Source: Macrostomum hystrix (Eukaryota > Animalia > Platyhelminthes). Taken from it: a DNA stretch of 64,000 bases. Position numbers and translations under genes: made by a program. A model generated the notes under the pieces. It saw only the letters and a list, made by a program, of their open reading frames with translations, made no database searches and was not told the DNA's origin. Below are positions 22,111 to 33,718 of this stretch, in pieces (within the stretch, counting starts at the first letter, position 1; each line of letters opens with the position of its first letter). The stretch spans positions 7,502,001-7,566,000 of the forward strand of contig CATNEN010000034.1 of the NCBI GenBank assembly GCA_950097015.1. Direction: 5' to 3'.

Positions 22111-22372
22111 TGAGACCTGGAACTCTTAGAAATAGACTGCTCTCGCCAGTTGTTCGAATCGTGGTCCAGAATATCTTTCTTTTAGCTGAAATCTCTTTTG
22201 TTTTTCTTCGCACGACTAAAATAAAAAAAACGCAAGACATAATTTTTTACTGCTAAATTGCTACAATAATATCGGATTATAGGAATAGTAAATAGATCGA
22301 AAGCTTTGGCTCTGGCCCTCAACTGTTGGTTTGTCAGCTACCAAGACTTGACTTGAGTTCTCCAGCTTACAA

Positions 22373-23017
22373 GTCCCAAACTGGGAGGATTGATTCCCAA
22401 TCTGCCAGGGTTAAATCCCAAACTGGATAGACTTGACTCCCAGACTAGGAGGATTTGAATTTCAAACTAGGAGGATTTGACTCCCAAACTAGGAGGATTT
22501 GAATTTCAAACTAGGAGGATTTGAATTTCAAACTAGGAGGATTTGAATTTCAAACTAGGAGGATTTGAATTTCAAACTAGGAGGATTTGAATTTCAAACT
22601 AGGAGGATTTGAATTTCAAACTAGGAGGATTTGAATTTCAAACTAGGAGGATTGGATTCCAAACTGAGAGGATTGAATTGTAAACTGGGAGGATTGGATT
22701 CCAAACTGAGAGGATTGAATTGTAAACTGGGAGGATTGGATTCCAAACTGAGAGGATTGAATTGATAACTGGGAGGATTGAATCCCAAACTGGGAGTATT
22801 CGAATCCTAAACTGGGAGTATTCGAATCCTAAACTGGGAGTATTCGAATCCCAAACTGGGAGTATTCGAATCTTAAACTGGGAGTATTCGAATCTTAAAC
22901 TGGGAGTATTCGAATCCTAAACTGGGAGTATTCGAATCCCAAACTGGGAGTAATCAAATCCCAAACTGGGAGTATTCGAATCCCAAACTGGGAGTATTCG
23001 AATCCCAAACTGGGAGT
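22373..23017 (+). repeat. 21-bp minisatellite array S3
   Basis: Paralogue of S1, about 200 bp longer. Confidence 0.95.
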
Positions 23018-23442
23018 ATCACTTGCAGGCAACGCTCGAAGCACAGCGATTGCGAAGTGAAGCACTGAACGAAAAGCAAGAAAAGTTTCTCACTTGTTTT
23101 TTTCAAGAATTACTTTCTAAGAAATATTTCTGTATCTGATAGCGGTTTCAAATTTTAGTTGAAAATATGTATCCGGCTTGAAGCAAAGGCATATGCACAG
23201 AGATACTCCTGAGGAGTGAACCAGATTAAAATTTTCCTTATTGATTGCAACGCAACCACAACGTCATCTGCATTCCTGAAGGTAAAAATGTAGTTCCTAG
23301 GAAAGAAACAGTTTTCTCTGCTCGTCTGCGCTTAACGTTAAAAATTCCAATCAACCAAAAGCTCTATATAAGCTTCTGAGAAATTCAAATCAAACTCCAA
23401 TTTCTCGGTTTGTTTATTGAAACTGCCAGAAATTGAATTGGA

Positions 23443-23976
23443 ATGCCCAATCAAAGCAGTTCTGTCATCCTACTGACGCTGGTCCTGTTGGCACTCTGCC
23501 TAGCACTGCCTCTTGCAGCTTCGAAACGCGCAGTCATCAGCCAAAGCTCGCTGGTTACGCTGATCAATGTGCGAACAGGGAACCGCATGAATGTTGGTTA
23601 CAATGGTTGGTTATTTTTGGTCGCAACCGGTAAGGTCGCAACCGGTAAGCCAGCCTCATTCCGATTCGAAGACGCCTGGCATGGCTCTAAGAAGATCCTC
23701 CTCGACAATCCTGGTTATATTAAAGACATCTATGCACAATGCGGCAATGGCTATGCAATCTACCTTCAAAAAGGAGCCGCTGATCGTGGTCAGATGTGGT
23801 TCATTGTGAATCAGGACAACTCTATGAACATCAAAGATGGCGACATTGTGACCATCAGGAATATGTACTGGAGTCACGCCTACATTGTTGACACATCGCA
23901 GAAGGGATCATCTTTTAGCAGTATTGCCTGCCAGAATTATATTAAAGATAAATGGAAGGTCACTTTAATCAATTAG
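23443..23976 (+). CDS. Secreted beta-trefoil-like protein, type B copy 2 (177 aa)
   Basis: Protein identical to 16373-16906. Confidence 0.85.
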   Translation: MPNQSSSVILLTLVLLALCLALPLAASKRAVISQSSLVTLINVRTGNRMNVGYNGWLFLVATGKVATGKPASFRFEDAWHGSKKILLDNPGYIKDIYAQCGNGYAIYLQKGAADRGQMWFIVNQDNSMNIKDGDIVTIRNMYWSHAYIVDTSQKGSSFSSIACQNYIKDKWKVTLIN

Positions 23977-24554
23977 TGAGACCCGGAACTCTTACAAATT
24001 AACTGCTCTCGTCAGTTGTTCGAATCGTGGTACAAAATATCTTTATTCTAGCTGAAATCTCTTTTTATTTTCTTCGCACTGCGACAAACAAAGTAGAAAC
24101 TGCAACAATGAAATCGGATTCAAAATCTGATTCGAAAATGAAGCGCGGACGATAGATACTACTGCTCAGTGTCAGTTGTTGGTGGTGTAGAAATTATGCG
24201 ATGGGAAGTTCACGATTACAATTTTATTGAAATTAATAAAATCAATCTTAAACACACATTGACATTTCGTACATGTGTCCTTGGACATTTCTTCCGTCTC
24301 TCTTTGTACATTCACTAAATGTGTCCTTGGACATCCCCTCAGTGTGCTTTTGGATGTTTCCTCAGTGTCATACCACATGGACTTAGCATAGGACAAGATC
24401 CATTTCGATTTCAATACAAATCTGTTCAAACTACTCGTGAGTTTAGCATTTGTGCAAAGTTGAGCCAATAAACAAATGAATTCTAACTTTCAGTCAACCA
24501 AGGACTGTAGTTATAAAAGTTCATTGTGAAGGCATGCCGTTTTTAAAGCAAGGA

Positions 24555-25160
24555 AAGCTGAGAGGATTGAATCCCAAACTGGGAGGGTTGAATCCCAAAC
24601 TGGGAGGGTTGGATTCTAAGCTGGGAGGATTGGATTCCAAGCTGTGAGGGTTGAATCCCAAACTGGTAGGATTTAATCCCAAATTGGGAGGATTTAATCC
24701 CAAATTGGGAGTATTGGATTCCAAGCTGAGAGAATTGAATCCCAAACTGGGAGGATTGGATTCCAAGCTGAGAGGATTAAATCCCAAACTGGGAGGACTG
24801 GATTCCAAGCTGAGAGAATTGAATCCCAAACTGGGAGGATTGGATTCCAAGCTGAGAGAACTGAATCCCAAATTGGGAGGATTGGATTCCAAGCTGAGAG
24901 GATTAAATCCCAAACTGGGAGGACTGGATTCCAAGCTGAGAGGATTAAATCCCAAACTGGGAGGATTGAATTCCAAACTGAGAGGATTGAATCACCAAAA
25001 GCTGGAAGGTTGAATCCCAATATGGGAGGATTGAATCCCAAGCTGGGGGGATTGAATCCCAAACTGGGAGGGTTGAATCCCAAACTGGGAGGATTTGACT
25101 CCAAGCTGAGAGAATTGAATCCCAAACTCGAAGGATTGAATTCCAAACTGGGAGGATTGA
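24555..25160 (+). repeat. 21-bp minisatellite array S4
   Basis: Paralogue of S2, about half its length. Confidence 0.95.
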
Positions 25161-25222
25161 ATCTGATGTTTGAACCTGATTAATAATATCTTGCTGCATT
25201 GCATAGCTCCCGAGGTAGCCTG

Positions 25223-25467
25223 TGTGGTGACGTGACTCTGCTTGCGACTGGCTAAGGCAGGTGTGTTGCGCACCTGCCCGGCATGTTGTCTAATTATTTT
25301 GAATGTACTGTGTATGTGCGTGCTTTGAATATTTTTCTTTTTTGTGCACGCGCGGAGTCAGTAGCTCCACCCCTAATACTGCTATCGATTTGATGAATAT
25401 AAAAGTCGCTGTTTCATCTCGTTGAGAGGTTGAGATTCGTTCTACAATCTTAAGCAAGGTCTCTACA
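25223..25467 (+). mobile_element. Solo LTR, duplicate of 18657-18901
   Basis: TG...CA termini; GCCTG on both sides. Confidence 0.85.
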
Positions 25468-25688
25468 GCCTGGATCTATATTGAACTTCTGCTTACAGAG
25501 CTCTCGCAGAAATTTACTTTTCTGCTGAAAAGAGGAGTCTTGAGGATAATTATTTTTAAAGAAAGATTCGACAATTTTTTCTCCGGGTTTGCTTTAGGCG
25601 TTTTTTATGAAAAAAAATTATAGGTTGGTCACCCTTAAGTGACGTGTAAGGTATGAGGCTAGCATGAGACGCAGATTCTGTTCTGTTT

Positions 25689-26602
25689 TTACATCCGGAG
25701 TATTGTAAATCCTGCTTTATGCAGCTTCATGATGGCTTTAACGATTTCTGATTTGCTGACTGAAGTGTCAACTGATTCATCAACTGATTCACAACTACCC
25801 ATTCCGATTCTGACTCCTTTTTCTCTAGCGATTTTCTCCATCTCTCGTTGATGTGCTCTGTCATTGCCGGCCTTCACAGCTGATGCAACTCCGCCGGCTA
25901 CACCTCCTGCAGCACCAAGAGCGCCTGCGATGATGGGGATAAGAGTTAGCAAAGGAAGAATCCTGCCTGTCTTCTCATCAGTGATATTGTGTGTTTGATT
26001 GCTACAATAGATTAGATACTGTATGTACATCAAGACTAAAGAATGGGTCTGTTGCTCTTCTCTTTGTGTCCTTCTCCAGCTCTCATGGTAAGTAAAGGAA
26101 GCGAACGAATTCAGAGTTAGTAAGAATTTCCGGAGAATAAACGCCTGGGAGCTTTTGATAGTGAATTGGGAATTGGGAATTGGAGATCTTATGTTTTGAT
26201 TTAACTGTGTCTTGTTTGATGGCAGTATTTGGTTTCAGGTTTGTCATTCGAGATACTTCATTGTTCAGTTGACTTATTACTGCGGGAGTCTTTGGCCACA
26301 GTATTGGCCACTTTTTAGTTTCAGCTCTTCAGCTGTCTGCTTTGTAAACAGTAAGGGATTTGACTGCACCCATGAATTCTTTGCCAGGATCAGTCATAAA
26401 GGTTTGGGGGTGTGTGAGCGGTGAGTTTTTGTAAATATCTTGGAGGGCAGCTGCAACTGCTTCTGACTTCTTAGTCTTAAGCGGTCTCGCTTCTTTATAT
26501 CTGGAGGCAATGTCTATAACTGTGAGAGCATACTTGTAGCCTGAGTCATTGGGGAGAAATAGAAGGTCTGCTTGGTGCGCTTCATTAGGCTTATATATGT
26601 TA
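25689..26602 (-). mobile_element. Third, truncated copy of the Polinton relic (pX-like ORF 25689-26033 plus integrase core)
   Basis: HQADLLFLPNDSGYKYALTVIDIASRYKEARPLKTKKS...TDPGKEF; homology stops at 26602. Confidence 0.85.
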
Positions 26603-27558
26603 ACTAGCACACTAAGCCCCCCTTGGGGAGCACAACTGTTCAGACAAAAAATATTGTGTAATGCAGAAGGACAAAACACACCTGAAAGCAAACAAAAACG
26701 AAAACTCATTTCGTTAGTTTTAATTTCCCTGATTGCGAATCTACGTGCTTGCGATTCAACAAGAATTTGAATTCTCACTAAATACAAAAATAGTCAGTCT
26801 GAGCTTGAATACATTCTGAGACATCCACCAAGTGTACAGACTGCCCCATTGGGGCAAAATTACACAAGTGATGTGCTGTAGTCTGCTGAGCAGCCTCCAG
26901 GCAATCTGTGGAGTCAGAGCTGCCCTAGTTCTGTGGGAGGGCTTGGGGTTAGGAGGTTTGCGGTTTCCCGTGCACACTCACTTCCGCTCGCCACCCCCTC
27001 CTCTTTCTCTCTCGTGTTCCAGCTCTGTCTGCGCATTGAGTCATATATATTGCACGCCATGGTGCAATCGCTTCGGTTCGAAAGAAGACTGGCAGAATAA
27101 CGCTCAAATGCTCCTACTATAAGTAGAGCACAGTCCGACGAATTCTCGAGTTGCTGTTAGCATTGTGGCAGCACAATTCCTGTACTTAGATGGCACACCT
27201 AGGACTGTTTTACTTCTTGTGTTTTTGTCTGCGTTTACCGCTGAGTTTGGAAATATAGTTTCTGACTCTAATTTGTGTCTAGTCCTAGTGACTTAGATAA
27301 GCTATTTAGAAGTGGATTTAAGATTAAGATTCCTTAGTGCTTAGAGAACTCCCGTCCCCACGAGTGAGGAAACTTAGCAGTCCGAGCCTGACTACCAGGT
27401 TGTTTCACTGCGAAGAAGCACAGTGTTGAGGCCGCTAAACTCCTCTCTCTGAGTCTAGCGTTCCTGTCTTGGTTATTTTCACCAATTGTGTGTGCCACGC
27501 TACCACAGGTACAACACAAGTAACTTACGTTTGATACAACTCAGCTTAATGCTACTTA

Positions 27559-28105
27559 GTCCCCCCAGCAGCAGAGAACTAATGTCCCCCCAGCAGCAAA
27601 TAACCAATGTCCCCTCAGCAGCAAATAACCAATGTCCCCCCAGCAGCAAATAACCAATGTCCCCTCAGCAGCAAATAACCAATGTCCCCTCAGCAGCAGA
27701 GAACTAATGTCCCCTCAGCAGCAAATAACCAATGTCCCCCCAGCAGCAAATAACCAATGTCCCCTCAGCAGCAAATAACCAATGTCCCCTCAGCAGCAAA
27801 TAACCAATGTCCCCCCAGCAGCAAATAACCAATGTCCCCTCAGCAGCAGAGAACTAATGTCCCCTCAGCAGCAAATAACCAATGTCCCCCCAGCAGCAAA
27901 TAACCAATGTCCCCTCAGCAGCAAATAACCAATGTCCCCTCAGCAGCAAATAACCAATGTCCCCCCAGCAGCAAATAACCAATGTCCCCTCAGCAGCAGA
28001 GAACTAATGTCCCCTCAGCAGCAAATAACTAATGTCCCCTGAGCAGCAAATAACTAATATCCCCTCAGCAGCAGAGAACTAATGTCCCCCCAGCAGCATA
28101 GAACC
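27559..28105 (+). repeat. 25-bp minisatellite (AATGTCCCCYCAGCAGCAAATAACC), ~21 copies
   Basis: Read directly. A GAGAACT variant recurs at ~150-bp spacing (27697, 27847, 27996), suggesting a 6-unit higher-order repeat. Confidence 0.95.
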
Positions 28106-30265
28106 ATTATTAACCGTTCAACATATTTAAAAACTTTTAAACGCATTAAGAAAAGTGGTAAATATTGGAAACATTTAGAAAACTTTTGCACACTTTTCGA
28201 AAATTGTTTAACACTTTTAGAAAACTGACAAACACATTTATAATACTGGTAAAAACATTTAGAAAACGGTTAAACACATTAAGAATACTAGTAAACACTA
28301 TTAAAAACCGATAAACACTTTTTTAAAAATGATAAGCCCGTTTAGAAAACTGATAAACACATGCTCTTGCTCTTGCCTTCTTTTATGTAAATATGCAAAT
28401 GTTTTATGTAATTGTACACATTTGTACTTGTGAATATTTGAACTACCAACTCAGTATTTTTTTAGAAAATAGCTTTCGAGTTTGGTTTTCGATTTCTTCC
28501 GTTGCTGGAGGACAGATGCTGGTAGAGAAACCAAATCCAGTGAAAAGAGTTGTGCTAAGTAATAAGGAAATTCACGAGATTGTGCTACAGTTTGAGACGG
28601 AAGATGGTGTTGGCGTTGATTTCAACGCCAGTTTCAAGACTTAGAAATCTGAAGGGAATTCAAGAGAGCTCTAGGAGGAAGCAACTAAAAGTAGCAACAG
28701 CAGAGAGGGCAAGCAACTGAAAGAAGAAAGATTAGACTAAGATTCGCCCCGAGATCACTTAATCATTTCAGCGCAAACCCGGTCCGGCATGACAGCAGCG
28801 GCGCCGACGTGGAGCGGCCTCCGATCCGCAGCTGTGCTGACGTGGAGCTGCCTGGAACCGGAGATGCAGCGGTGCTGATGTGGAGCTGCCGGAATCAACC
28901 CGGCCTGTCCCGACCCGCAGCTGCCTGCATCGACCCAGCCCAGCCTGAAACTGGAGCCGCCCGGACCCGATCGGGAACGAGATCTGGAGGAGGCCGGGAC
29001 CGCACAAGAAGACTGGATCGATGAAGGGGAAGGGGATAATGAACAGTAGGAAAGAGGTCTCGGTAGAAGCGGGAACGAGTCCTAACTCAACTAAGGCGTT
29101 TTCAGGACTTTCACCCACCCTCCATAGAAAAGGGGTTGGTGTGCCGACCAACCAACTAGTCTAATGATAATGACTGTACAAGACTCGAGGCTGCGACCTC
29201 AACCAGCATAAATCTTCTTGCGAATGTTGCTACGGTATTGCCTTTCCCTCGGATCGAGGGGTTTTAAATATATTATATAAGGCGGAGCGGAGCGCAGAAA
29301 AAAGGCGCCCCGCGAGTTTGTTGGAGAATCAGGTTTGAGCTCCGTTAAGTCAAATAATTATAAAACTAACGGTGTTTGAGTTCTTTCTTAATTTGATCCC
29401 GAGGTAAAACCCGGAAGAAATCGCACCAGTCAGCCGAGATACTGAGACTCGATAGTCGTTAGGAGTTATAGCCTTCAAGACAACTAGACTGCAACAAACC
29501 GCTAGACTACATATAGGAAACACCAAAACAGAGACCGAAACTTGAAGCGTTATAACGGTGAAGAGTTTGTATTGGCGTTCATCATTGAGAGAATGTAAAA
29601 AAACAATTACAATTGCTTAATGATTTCTGCAAAGTTATAGTAGCTGTCGTAGTCCTTTACGTAGGTTACTCCATACTTATGAAACCAGTGTCTTTGGAGA
29701 GCTTGATTAATATTACGAACATTGATATCGACGTTGGGCCAATGTTTCCACATGCACTCGCTGCATTCTTGTTTGCATCGGTACTTACTCTTGTAATTAG
29801 GGTCGTGCTCGGCATAGAAAGATCCTGGAGAGACGATTGGAAACATTTTTAATGAGGATTGAATTTTTTCGGAGGATGAGCACCCTAGGTTTGGGATCTT
29901 GAGTTTTGGGATTGGGAATCTGGGTGTTAGTTTTATGGATTTGGAATCAGAGAAGAAAGAAGACTGATTTCGTCTGGGGGAATACAAATACTGGTTTGTG
30001 GATAAAGAATTTCAGAAGGGGGCAGGGGGCCTTTTTTCCCTGATCTCTTCGGAATAATGAGAATACTGGTTTACTATACTCACAGAATGCAACTCACTAA
30101 CTGATCTGGAATATTAAAAGTAGAGAATTTAGAATATGGAGACCGATTTTTGAGACGGCAGGGACCCTTTTCCTGATCTCTTCGAGAATAATAAAGTTTA
30201 TAGTTTGTGGATTATCGAGGCTGCGATAATTTTTGTCCCAGATAGCCCCTTTCGCATACTATTAT

Positions 30266-30357
<92 letters not shown>
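30266..30357 (+). repeat. (CTTG)23 microsatellite
   Basis: Read directly. Confidence 0.97.
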
Positions 30358-31041
30358 AATTTTTGATTTTCTCTATTCTGAACGGCAGTCAATCTCATGC
30401 AAAATTTTCAACAGCCGACAATCATGCCACACTGCTTCTCTGTGATCACTTGTAGGCAACAAAGTAAGTAAAAGGAAGTAAAAATTGTAACAATAATATC
30501 GGAATCAAAATCTGATTCGAAAATGAAGCGCGCACAATAGATACTACTGCTCAATGTGAGTTGTTGGTGATGTAGAAATTATGCGATGGGATGTTCACGA
30601 TTACAAATTTGTTGAAATTGATAAATAAATTTTCACAATTCACAGCAATTGCGAAGTGAAGCACTGAACGAAAAGCAAAAAACTTTTTTTCTTGTTTTTT
30701 TTCAAGAATTTCCTTCTAAGAAATATTTCTTAATCTGATAGCGGTTTCAAATTTTAGTTGAAAATATGTATCCAACTTGAAGCAAAGGCATATGCACAGA
30801 GATACTCCTGACGAGTGAACCAGATTAAAATTTTCCTCATTGATTGCACAGCAACCACAACGTCATCTGCATTCCTGAAGGTAAAAATGTAGTTCCTAGG
30901 AAAGAAACAGTTTTCTCTGCTCGTCTGCGCTTAACGTTAAAAATTCCAATCAAACAAAAGCTCTATATAAGCTTCTGAGAAATTCAAATCAAACTCCAAT
31001 TTCTCGGTTTGTTAATTGGAACTGCCAGAAATTGAATTGGA

Positions 31042-31590
31042 ATGCCAAATCAAAGCAGTTCTGTCATCCTACTGACGCTGGTCCTGCTGGCACTCTGCCT
31101 AGCACTGCCTCTTGCAGCTTCGAACTGCACAGTCATCAACCAAAGCTCGCTGGTTACGCTGATCAATGTGCGAACAGGGAACCGCATGGAAGTTCGTCAA
31201 GACAATGGTTGGTTATTTTTGGACGCAACCGGTAAGGTCGCAACCGGTAATTTAACCTCATTCCGATTCGAAGACGCCTGGCATGGCTCTAAGAAGATCC
31301 TCCTCGACAATCCTGGTTATATTAAAGACATTTATGCACAATGCGGCAACGGCTTTACAATCTACCTTCAAAAAGGATACGCTGATCATGGTCAGATGTG
31401 GTTCATTGTGAATCAGAGCAACTCTACGAACATCAAAGATAATGACATTGTGACCATCAGGAATATGTACTGGATTCACGACTACATTGTTGACACATCG
31501 CCGAAACGATCATCTCTTAGCAGTATTGCCTGCAAGAATCATATTGAAGATGATAAAAAAGATAGGTGGAAGGTCACTGTGATCAATTAG
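31042..31590 (+). CDS. Secreted beta-trefoil-like protein, type C copy 1 (182 aa)
   Basis: Same signal peptide and framework; DDKKDRW C-terminal insertion; TATA at 30964. Confidence 0.85.
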   Translation: MPNQSSSVILLTLVLLALCLALPLAASNCTVINQSSLVTLINVRTGNRMEVRQDNGWLFLDATGKVATGNLTSFRFEDAWHGSKKILLDNPGYIKDIYAQCGNGFTIYLQKGYADHGQMWFIVNQSNSTNIKDNDIVTIRNMYWIHDYIVDTSPKRSSLSSIACKNHIEDDKKDRWKVTVIN

Positions 31591-32207
31591 TTAGACCTGG
31601 AACTCTTACAAATATACTGCTCTCGTCAGTTGTTCGAATCGTGGTACAAAATGTCTTTCTTTTAGCTTCTTATTCTATTTTCTTCGCACGACTAAAATTT
31701 ATAAAAGGCAAGAATCAATTATTAACTGCGAAAAACGAAGTAACATTGCAACAATGATATCGGAATCAAAATCAGATTCGAAAATGAAGCGCGCACAATC
31801 GATACTACTACTCAATGTGAGTTGTTGGTGATGTAGAAATTATGCGATGGGAAGGTCACGATAAAAATTTTATTGAAATTTAAAAATAAATTTTAAACAC
31901 ACATTGACATTTTTTACATGTGTCCTTGGACATTTCTTCCGTCTCTCTTTGTACATTCACTAAATGTGTCCTTGGACATCCCCTCAGTGTGCTTTTGGAT
32001 GTTTCCTCAGTGTCATACCACATGGACTTAGCATAGGACGAGATCCATTTCGATTTTAATACAAATCTGTTCAAACTACTCGTGAGTTTAGCATTTGTGC
32101 AAAGTTGAGCCAATAAACAAATGAATTCTAACTTTCAGTCAACCAAGGACTGTAGTTATGAAAGTTCATTGTGAAGGCATGCCGTTTTTAAAGCAAGGAA
32201 AGTTACA

Positions 32208-32750
32208 AAGCTGAGAGGACTGAATCCCAAACTGGGAGGATTTCATCCCGAACTGGGAGGATTGAATCCCAAACTGGGAGGATTGAATCCCAAACTGGGA
32301 GGATTGGATTCCAAGCTGAGAGAAATAAATCCCAAACTGGGATTGGATTCCAAGCAGGGAGGATCGGATTCCAAGCTGAGAGGATTAAATCCCAAACTGG
32401 GAGGACTGGATTCCAAGCTGAGAGGATTAAATCCCAAGCTGGGAGGATTGGATTCCAAGCTAGGAGGATTAGATTCGAAGCTGGGAGGATTGGATTCCAA
32501 GCTGGGAGGATTGGATTCCAAGCTAGGAGGATTGAATCCCAAACTGGGAGGATCGGGTTCCAAGCTGGAAGGATCGAATCCCAAACTGGAGGGATTGATT
32601 CCCAAACTGGGAGGATTGAATTCCAAACTGAGAGGATTGAATTCCAAACCGTGAGGTTGAACCCCAAAATTGGAGGATTGAATCCCAAACTAGAAGGATT
32701 TGAATTTCAGACAAGGAGGATTGGATTCCAAGCTGGGAGGATTGAAATAT
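32208..32750 (+). repeat. 21-bp minisatellite array S5
   Basis: Read directly. Confidence 0.95.
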
Positions 32751-32993
32751 TTGAAGTTGTGGCGGCCGCTCTCTCCAGCGCCCTGCGTGGTGCTAGGGCG
32801 CCCACCCCAACTTTGACTAGCACTTGCGCTGAGCCGGGCCAGTGTGCATAGGGCTTAAGCTCATGTACGCGCGGGCCTATAAATCACTAACTTTTGGAGC
32901 GCGCTGCGCTTAACCTGTTTCTCCGCCAAAAAAAACATTACGTGGCTGCAATCGCCACATTGGTGAGCCCGACTCTCAAACCGATAGTTTGAG

Positions 32994-33698
32994 ATGACTG
33001 AGTCTGCAGTAGCACTCAAGCTGCCCACGTTTTGGGTCATCCAGCCCCGCGCCTGGTTTATCCAGGCGGAGGCACAATTCACTCTCCGAGGCATTTCGCA
33101 GGACGACACCAAGTACTGTCACCTCGTAGCAGCGCTCGACCAGCAGTCGGCCGAGCGTCTGCTGGATGTGCTGGAGAATCCGCCAACGGAAAACAAGTAC
33201 GGCGTGCTCAAGGACCGGCTTCTTGGCACTTTCGGCCTGACACAGCAGCAGCGGGCCAGCCGGCTGCTCAACCTGGCCGGCCTGGGTGACCGCCGCCCGT
33301 CCGAACTCATGGACGAGATGCTGGCACTGCTAGGCGACCATCGGCCATGCATGCTCTTCGAGGAGCTGTTCCGCCAGCAACTGCCAGCCGACATCCGTAT
33401 GGCGCTGGTCTCCGCCGATTTTAGAGACCCGCGGGTGGTCGCGCAGCTCGCGGACCGGCTCTGGGCAAGCCGCGCCCAGCCCTTGGCAGCCGCCTCGCTG
33501 GCGCACGACCAGCCAGTAGTTGCCGCCGCAGCTCGGCAGGCCACGGACGCCGGTCCAGTCCGGGCCCAGCCACAGCAGCACCAGCCCAGAGAGGTAGGCG
33601 GTCCGGTCTCTTTTTTCCACCGGAAGTTCGGCTCCAAGTCCCGGCGTTGTGAACAGCCCTGCCGGTACTCGGGAAATGGACCGGCCGGCCGTCAGTGA
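32994..33698 (+). CDS. gag: Gag of the CsRn1-like element
   Basis: AVALKLPTFW...WFIQAEAQF...DDTKYCHLV...KYGVLKDRLL. C-terminal xFFHRKFG..SRRCEQPC is the CHCC-type knuckle with the first Cys replaced by Ser. Confidence 0.88.
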   Translation: MTESAVALKLPTFWVIQPRAWFIQAEAQFTLRGISQDDTKYCHLVAALDQQSAERLLDVLENPPTENKYGVLKDRLLGTFGLTQQQRASRLLNLAGLGDRRPSELMDEMLALLGDHRPCMLFEELFRQQLPADIRMALVSADFRDPRVVAQLADRLWASRAQPLAAASLAHDQPVVAAAARQATDAGPVRAQPQQHQPREVGGPVSFFHRKFGSKSRRCEQPCRYSGNGPAGRQ

Positions 33699-33718
33699 AT
33701 GCCTCGACGGCCGGCAGC
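33671..33718 (+). promoter_or_regulatory. -1 programmed ribosomal frameshift signal (gag/pol)
   Basis: In-frame slippery heptamer G GGA AAT, then a stem GCCGGCCGTC-N12-GACGGCCGGC. The -1 frame reads PSVNASTAGSNSLLLIPD into the protease. Also present at ~53304. Confidence 0.75.

Larger units (their letters stand above)
11940..26602 (+). other. Tandem segmental duplication, ~6.5-7-kb unit: Polinton relic - peptide ORF - gene A - satellite - gene B - satellite (2 full units plus 1 partial)
   Basis: Colinear near-identity of ~11940-18600, ~18590-25160 and ~25150-26602. Confidence 0.9.

Noticed and set aside
29607-29987. 126-aa minus-strand ORF with CxxxCxxC
   Set aside because: No family recognised and no supporting context; mentioned only as part of the unassigned segment.
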